Shown in pieces: positions 58,656-64,000 of a stretch of 64,000 bases of DNA. The translations under genes and the position numbers were made by a program. Source of the DNA: Pseudogymnoascus verrucosus (lineage: Eukaryota). The notes below the pieces were generated by a model, which saw only the letters and a list, made by a program, of their open reading frames with translations, searched no databases and was not told where the DNA came from. Where the stretch lies: NCBI GenBank assembly GCA_001662655.1, contig KV460206.1. One strand, 5' to 3'. Position 1 is the stretch's first letter. Each line of letters begins with the position of its first letter.

Positions 58656-60866
58656 ATGGATATCTTCAAGATCCTTTCGCGGTCTACCAAGCAGACCCGA
58701 AAGCCGATTGGCAGGACCCAGTCCTCTACTTTGCCATCCGCAGGCACCGCGAGCAACCCGCAACTCTACAATGACCCGGTCCCGCAAAACAAGAAGCGCA
58801 AGCTTAGTGATAGGAAAGAGGAGGCTGTCCTGAGCGATGTGGACGATGAAGAAATAAACTTCTTCGCGCAGGCGCCAAAGACCGAGAGCAAGCAGACAAT
58901 CAAGCGGGAGAAAAGGAAGAAGGCGGCCCAGATTTTAGCAGAGGCTGCGCTGAGCGACAAGACCGAGACGATCGAACCGACGCTACTCGACGAAGACGAA
59001 TGCAAAGCGACGCTGCGCTCCCACAGAATAAAAATCACCCTGATGTCCAAACCGGAGCCGGTCGTGAAGCGCAAGAAGTCCAAGAAGCGCAAGGAGGAGG
59101 AGCCGCCAAAGAAGGCGAAGGATGAGCATAAGCAAATATACCCACAGCCTCTGACGGCGTTCGAGGACCTGAAAACGAACTTTGGCATCTCTAAGCGCCT
59201 GGGGGAGAATCTGAAGCGCGAGGGGTACAAGATTCCTACGGAGGTGCAGATGGGCAGTCTTCCTCTGCTGCTGAAGCCCGAGTTTGCGCTCACCAACTCG
59301 GAGGAGGGGAAGGAGACGGTGGCTGAGGGTTCTGAGGTGGATCTATTGACCGTTGCCCCTACGGGCAGTGGAAAGACACTCGCTTTCTTGATCCCAGTGG
59401 TCAACAGCATGGTACAAAGACGGCGGAAGGAGGCAGAGGTATCACACAGGCTGGAGGCAATTATTGTTGCGCCTACGAAGGAGCTGGCAAGCCAGATTGT
59501 GAATGAGGGAAGGAAGTTGGCTATTGGGACTGGCATTAAAGTTGTCGGGATGGTAAAGGGCATGCGAGTAGTTGGTGACAGTGACCAAGTTGTCAGTGCG
59601 CCAAAAGAAGATGCTAGCGAAAGTGAAAGCGAGAACGAGAGCGAGGAAGATGATGAGGCCGATGCGGCAAAGGCAAATGCCAAAGCAGCAAAGCGAGCAG
59701 CGCAGCCTGTTGCTAAAGCTGATATTCTCGTTACAACTCCTCTCATACTCCTCCACGCACTCACGAAGCCCGGCTCAAAGGATAAACTGCCCCTGGAAAC
59801 AGTGCGCCATCTGATTCTTGACGAAGCAGATGTCCTCTTGGACCCACTGTTCCGTGACCAAACACTCGGAATCTGGGAATCCTGTGTCTCCCCTCTCCTG
59901 CACGTATCCCTCTGGTCTGCCACCATGGGATCCTCTATCGAAACCCTCGCAGTCTCCACAATCTCCTCCCGCCGTGAGCGACTCTCGCTCCCCGCACAAC
60001 CTCTCATCCGCCTCGTCATTGGCCTCAAAGACTCCGCGATCCCCAACATAACACACCACCTAATATACGCAGCCACCGAACCTGGCAAGCTCATTGGCCT
60101 TCGTCAACTCCTGCACCCCACCTCCCCCTGCCTCGCCTCGCCATCCGACCCCAAACTCCGCCCCCCCTTCCTCGTCTTCACCCAGACCATTCCTCGCGCC
60201 ATTGCCCTGCACTCGGAGCTACTCTACGACATTCCCGCCGAAGCAGGTGGAAGCTCGCGCCTCGCGGTGCTGCACTCTGATCTGTCGGACTCTGCGCGCA
60301 GCGCGATCATGTCGCGCTTCCGCAACGGCGAGATCTGGATCCTTATCACGACGGACATTCTGAGTCGTGGCGTGGACTTCCGCGGCATCAACGGTGTTGT
60401 TAACTACGATGTTCCGAGTTCAGGGGCTAGTTATATCCACAGAGTTGGAAGGACAGGGCGCGCGGGACGCGATGGAGGGGTTGCAGTTACGTTTTATACG
60501 AAGGAGGATATTCCGTTTGTGAAGCCAATTGCGAATATTATCGCAGCAAGTGAGAAGGCTGCAGGCAAGAAGGAGGGTGAGGGTGTGCAGAAGTGGTTAC
60601 TGGATGCGCTTCCAAGCGTGAGCAAGAAGGATAAGAAGGATTTGAAGATGCGGGGAGTGGAGGTCAGGAGGGCGGGACTCGAGAAGGACGGTGGCAAGGG
60701 AGGAGCGAAGGCGAAGATTAGTACCAAGAGTGGGTATGAGAGGAAGGTTGAGAATAGGAAGAAGGGGGCCGTTATGGGCAGCCGAAGGAGAGCAGAGATG
60801 GAGAAGGGCAATGAAGCTGGTGCTGAGAGTGATGGTGGGAGTGACTTTGGCGGGTTTGATGACTAG
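58656..60866 (+). CDS. ROK1: DEAD-box RNA helicase Rok1
   Basis: MDIFKILSR start, PTEVQ, APTGSGKT, PTKELA, DEAD, SAT, SRGVDF and HRVGRTGRAG. Confidence 0.95.
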   Translation: MDIFKILSRSTKQTRKPIGRTQSSTLPSAGTASNPQLYNDPVPQNKKRKLSDRKEEAVLSDVDDEEINFFAQAPKTESKQTIKREKRKKAAQILAEAALSDKTETIEPTLLDEDECKATLRSHRIKITLMSKPEPVVKRKKSKKRKEEEPPKKAKDEHKQIYPQPLTAFEDLKTNFGISKRLGENLKREGYKIPTEVQMGSLPLLLKPEFALTNSEEGKETVAEGSEVDLLTVAPTGSGKTLAFLIPVVNSMVQRRRKEAEVSHRLEAIIVAPTKELASQIVNEGRKLAIGTGIKVVGMVKGMRVVGDSDQVVSAPKEDASESESENESEEDDEADAAKANAKAAKRAAQPVAKADILVTTPLILLHALTKPGSKDKLPLETVRHLILDEADVLLDPLFRDQTLGIWESCVSPLLHVSLWSATMGSSIETLAVSTISSRRERLSLPAQPLIRLVIGLKDSAIPNITHHLIYAATEPGKLIGLRQLLHPTSPCLASPSDPKLRPPFLVFTQTIPRAIALHSELLYDIPAEAGGSSRLAVLHSDLSDSARSAIMSRFRNGEIWILITTDILSRGVDFRGINGVVNYDVPSSGASYIHRVGRTGRAGRDGGVAVTFYTKEDIPFVKPIANIIAASEKAAGKKEGEGVQKWLLDALPSVSKKDKKDLKMRGVEVRRAGLEKDGGKGGAKAKISTKSGYERKVENRKKGAVMGSRRRAEMEKGNEAGAESDGGSDFGGFDD

Positions 60867-61206
60867 GTCCGACATGGACAGAATATTAAGGGCACATTTC
60901 CCTCCGTTCAAAACAACTTCTATGCCCACATATTGCCAACGGTGACAGTTTCATTTTTAATTACGAAGAAGGGACTTTGTAAATAGTTTAACCAAGTCGT
61001 TGGCCTGCACGTGATATCGCATACAACCTTGGCGTCTGTACCCTCCAGGTGCACGGCCCAAGCTTTTAGTTCGACCAGCTCCAAGCTCTCGATAAGGCAC
61101 TCCCAACCAACCTATCACCAACTTCACAGCCCCGTTTCGGCGCTCCTCTCCAGACTGACACAGTCAACCATCACCCATCCAACAACCTCACAACCACAGC
61201 CTCGAC

Positions 61207-62803
61207 ATGTCTCTCGACCCGCCAACCTACCTCTCCTCGCTGCGGAACAACATCCGTGCCCGCCCAATCCCATGGGATGGCGCAGTGCGCGCGGGTACTA
61301 TTACAGAGGAGCAATTGACCCGCATCCGCGCCGTGGACAAGGTCAGGAAGGAGCAGAGGAAGCGGACGGTGGAGGATGGGCTTGATGCGTATAGGACACT
61401 GTTTTTAGGCGGTGACGAGGGAGGTGCGAGGAGTATTCTCGAGGCAGCGGCGAGAAGGGCGGATGTGGTGCAGTATGTCTTAGTGCTTTTGGGCGATCTG
61501 CTCGAGGGTATGTTAACTTTTCGCTCTTTTGCTGGTGGGGGATGAGGACCTTGGTGCGGAGTATTTGCTGTTATGTGATGGAGGCTAATCGGTATACAGG
61601 CAGCCCAGCTTTGGTAGATGGACTTCTGGAGCATGAGAATACCTATGCGCCATTCTTGCCGCTTTTGGCACAGGCCTCGAGCCCGGAAGAAGCTATCCCG
61701 CTCTTAACTTCGACAGCACTCACGACCCTCCTAGCCAGGGAATCGACTACGAACCCCAAGGGCAGGTCGGCGAGCGACCAGGCCCTACCTATCTTATACA
61801 AATACCTAAGCACTCTCGCTAAGAGCTCGGATAGCGGACTCCAGGACATCGCGGTGATGGGGTACTCGGCGCTCCTCAGGAGCAGGCGGTCGAGGGAGCT
61901 GTTTTGGGAGCACAGAGATGTGACTATTGTGCCGCTCATTTCGATCCTGAGGACTGCGGCGGGGGTGTCGGCGAGTGGAGAGAGTGCGGCGTCGTTGTGG
62001 AGCACCAGTGCGACTTCGAGGACTGGGGCGGAGGGCTTTATAAATGGTGGGATTGATTTGCAGTTGCTTTATCATGTGCTGCTGGTCATGTGGCAACTGA
62101 GCTTTGAGGGTGCTGCTATTGGAGATGGGCTTGAGGAGTATGTTGTCCCTTCCTTTTACTTCCTGGTTAAATACTTACGAGTTATAGCGAGTACGATGTT
62201 ATCCCTCTTTTCACACAGCTACTACGGCTATCGCCTAAGGAGAAAACGACACGTTTGTTAGTTTCTACACTTTACAACCTGATCTCAGGGAACCCAAAGT
62301 CCCTCCTTCCTGCGGCAGCGCTTGTACGACTACCTGCACTTCTTCAAAACGTAAACGGACGCCATCTTACCGATCCGGATCTGATTGAGGACCTGACAGC
62401 CCTATCTGAGCTGCTCGAAGAGCACACCAAGACGCAAACGACCTTTGACCAGTACGCGGCAGAGGTGGATTCCGGCCACTTGCGCTGGTCGCCACCGCAC
62501 AGGAACACGGTCTTCTGGGCCGAAAACGCACGCAGGATCCTCGAGCATGACAACGGACACCTGCCAAAGAAGCTGGCTGAGATTATTGCCAAGCCTTGGG
62601 ATAATGACAAGCAGGTTCTTGCTATTGTGTGTAACGATGTTGGGTGTTTGGTCAAGGAGGTGCCCGAGAAGAGGCAACAGCTGGAGAGGCTGGGGTTGAA
62701 GACCAGGATTATGGAGCTGATGGCTGAGCCGGATGAGAGCGTGAGATGGGAGAGTTTGAGGGCTGTGGGGGAGTGGCTGAGATATAGCTTCGAGACGAAG
62801 TAG
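61207..62803 (+). CDS. VMA13: V-type ATPase subunit H; exons 61207-61507, 61600-62137, 62188-62803
   Basis: IRARPIPWDG, LQLLYHVLLVMWQLSF, KEKTTRL, LRWSPPH...FWAENA and CNDVG. Confidence 0.95.
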
Positions 62804-63237
62804 AGTGTCGTATTTGAAGATAGTTGGGGAATATGTGGCGAGCAGTTGGTGCTAGAGACCTTGTACTATCATCGCTTCGTGGTTTTGGTGGGGGTTTGCA
62901 TAGAGGCGATACAGAGCCATGGGGAAGCTTTCCGATTTTCTTACAGATTCCACGCGGTATAGCATTCATATTATACACTTGATAGGAATTGAACGCAAAT
63001 GGGATTTGTGCTATCTGCCGTCTCCCCCATATTCTTTAAACTTGTTCGTAGCCCAGCCCAGTCCAGAGCCCAGATTTTTTGCTTGACATGACATGTGGAC
63101 TCGGACTTCGCCCACCACCTTATCCGGACTTGAGCTCCCGATAACGAACACCCCACATAAAAGGTTGCTGTCCCCGACTACAAACTCCCCGAGTTCCTCC
63201 TCCCACCACCACAACTTCAAACAGGTCAATTTTCAAG

Positions 63238-64000
63238 ATGAAGTCTCTCCGCTCTACTCGCTATCTCAAGGATGTCATTGCAGCGCGCAATGCCCTCCCG
63301 CGCTCCTCCGGTCTGATCACCGCAGCCACGCGCCGCAACATTTCAACACGCACCTCCCAGCGTCATATTCTCAAACCCACCGTCTCAGTCCCAGCAAACC
63401 CCCTCCAAACCACTCGCCATGCCTCCTCCTCTGCAGCTCCCGAAGAGGAGCTCTCCAAAACCCCCCTCTACGACTTCCACGTCCGCAACGGCGGCAAAAT
63501 GGTCCCTTTCGGCGGCTACGCCATGCCCGTCCAGTACTCCTCCCTCTCCGTCCTCGACTCCCACAACTTTACCCGCACGGGCGCCTCCCTCTTCGACGTC
63601 TCCCACATGGTGCAGCACCACTTCACCGGCCCCGGTGCGGCGGCCTTCCTCGAGAGCATCACCCCCAGCGACGTCGCTGGGCTACCCGTGCACGGGAGCA
63701 CGCTTAGCACGCTCCTCCTACCGACGGGGGGCATTGTGGACGATTTGATCATCACGAAGCTGTGGGATGATCGCTTCTACGTTGTTACCAATGCGGGGTG
63801 TCGCGAGAAGGACTTGAAGTACCTCAAGGAGCATCTCAAGACTTTCCGTCTCGAGAACAGCTCTGAGGTCGAGTGGACGGTGCTGGAGGGCAAGGGGCTG
63901 ATTGCTCTGCAGGGCCCGAAGGCGAAGGAAATTCTCAGCAAGCTTGTTGCTGACCCGGCGCGCGATGGGCGCTTGTCGAACTTGTATTTTGGACAGAGCA
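63238..64000 (+). CDS. GCV1: Glycine cleavage system T protein (aminomethyltransferase), mitochondrial, 3'-truncated by window edge
   Basis: Presequence, then KTPLYDFH...GKMVPFGGYAMPVQY, ASLFDVSHM, GGIVDDLII, YVVTNAG and LIALQGP. The frame is open to the window end. Confidence 0.93.
   Translation, partial: MKSLRSTRYLKDVIAARNALPRSSGLITAATRRNISTRTSQRHILKPTVSVPANPLQTTRHASSSAAPEEELSKTPLYDFHVRNGGKMVPFGGYAMPVQYSSLSVLDSHNFTRTGASLFDVSHMVQHHFTGPGAAAFLESITPSDVAGLPVHGSTLSTLLLPTGGIVDDLIITKLWDDRFYVVTNAGCREKDLKYLKEHLKTFRLENSSEVEWTVLEGKGLIALQGPKAKEILSKLVADPARDGRLSNLYFGQS

Noticed and set aside
58766..60094. Long antisense ORFs (also opposite NOC2, xylanase, XDH and mannosidase)
   Set aside because: These are shadow ORFs produced by the codon bias of real genes.

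Overview
Gene-dense, intron-containing DNA from a filamentous ascomycete. The GT-AG introns with CTRAC branch points and the fungal-type orthologs show this directly; a Leotiomycete such as Pseudogymnoascus is only my guess. I can support about 26 protein-coding genes. Housekeeping genes: NAN1/UTP17 (5'-partial), MDM12, VPS28, NOC2, PSF1, VSB1-like SulP-STAS-cNMP transporter, Rab4-like GTPase, ATP20, ROK1, VMA13 and GCV1 (3'-partial). Others: a MATA-type HMG-box factor, a 2OG-Fe(II) oxygenase, an HSD10-like SDR, and a loose 21-kb neighbourhood of hemicellulose/pentose enzymes (GH10 xylanase, xylitol dehydrogenase with a long acidic tail, GH2 beta-mannosidase, 2-hydroxyacid dehydrogenase, L-arabinitol dehydrogenase). 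Two spliced genes are missing or incomplete in the ORF track: a ZNF706/DUF1909-like micro-protein and a three-finger C2H2 gene with no visible start codon. Intergenic DNA holds four distinct tandem arrays, a probable decayed cytochrome P450, and a 151-nt assembly gap bracketed by 34-bp inverted repeats. I recognised no tRNA, rRNA, snRNA, CRISPR array or intact transposase. All calls come from reading the sequence; no database searches were run.
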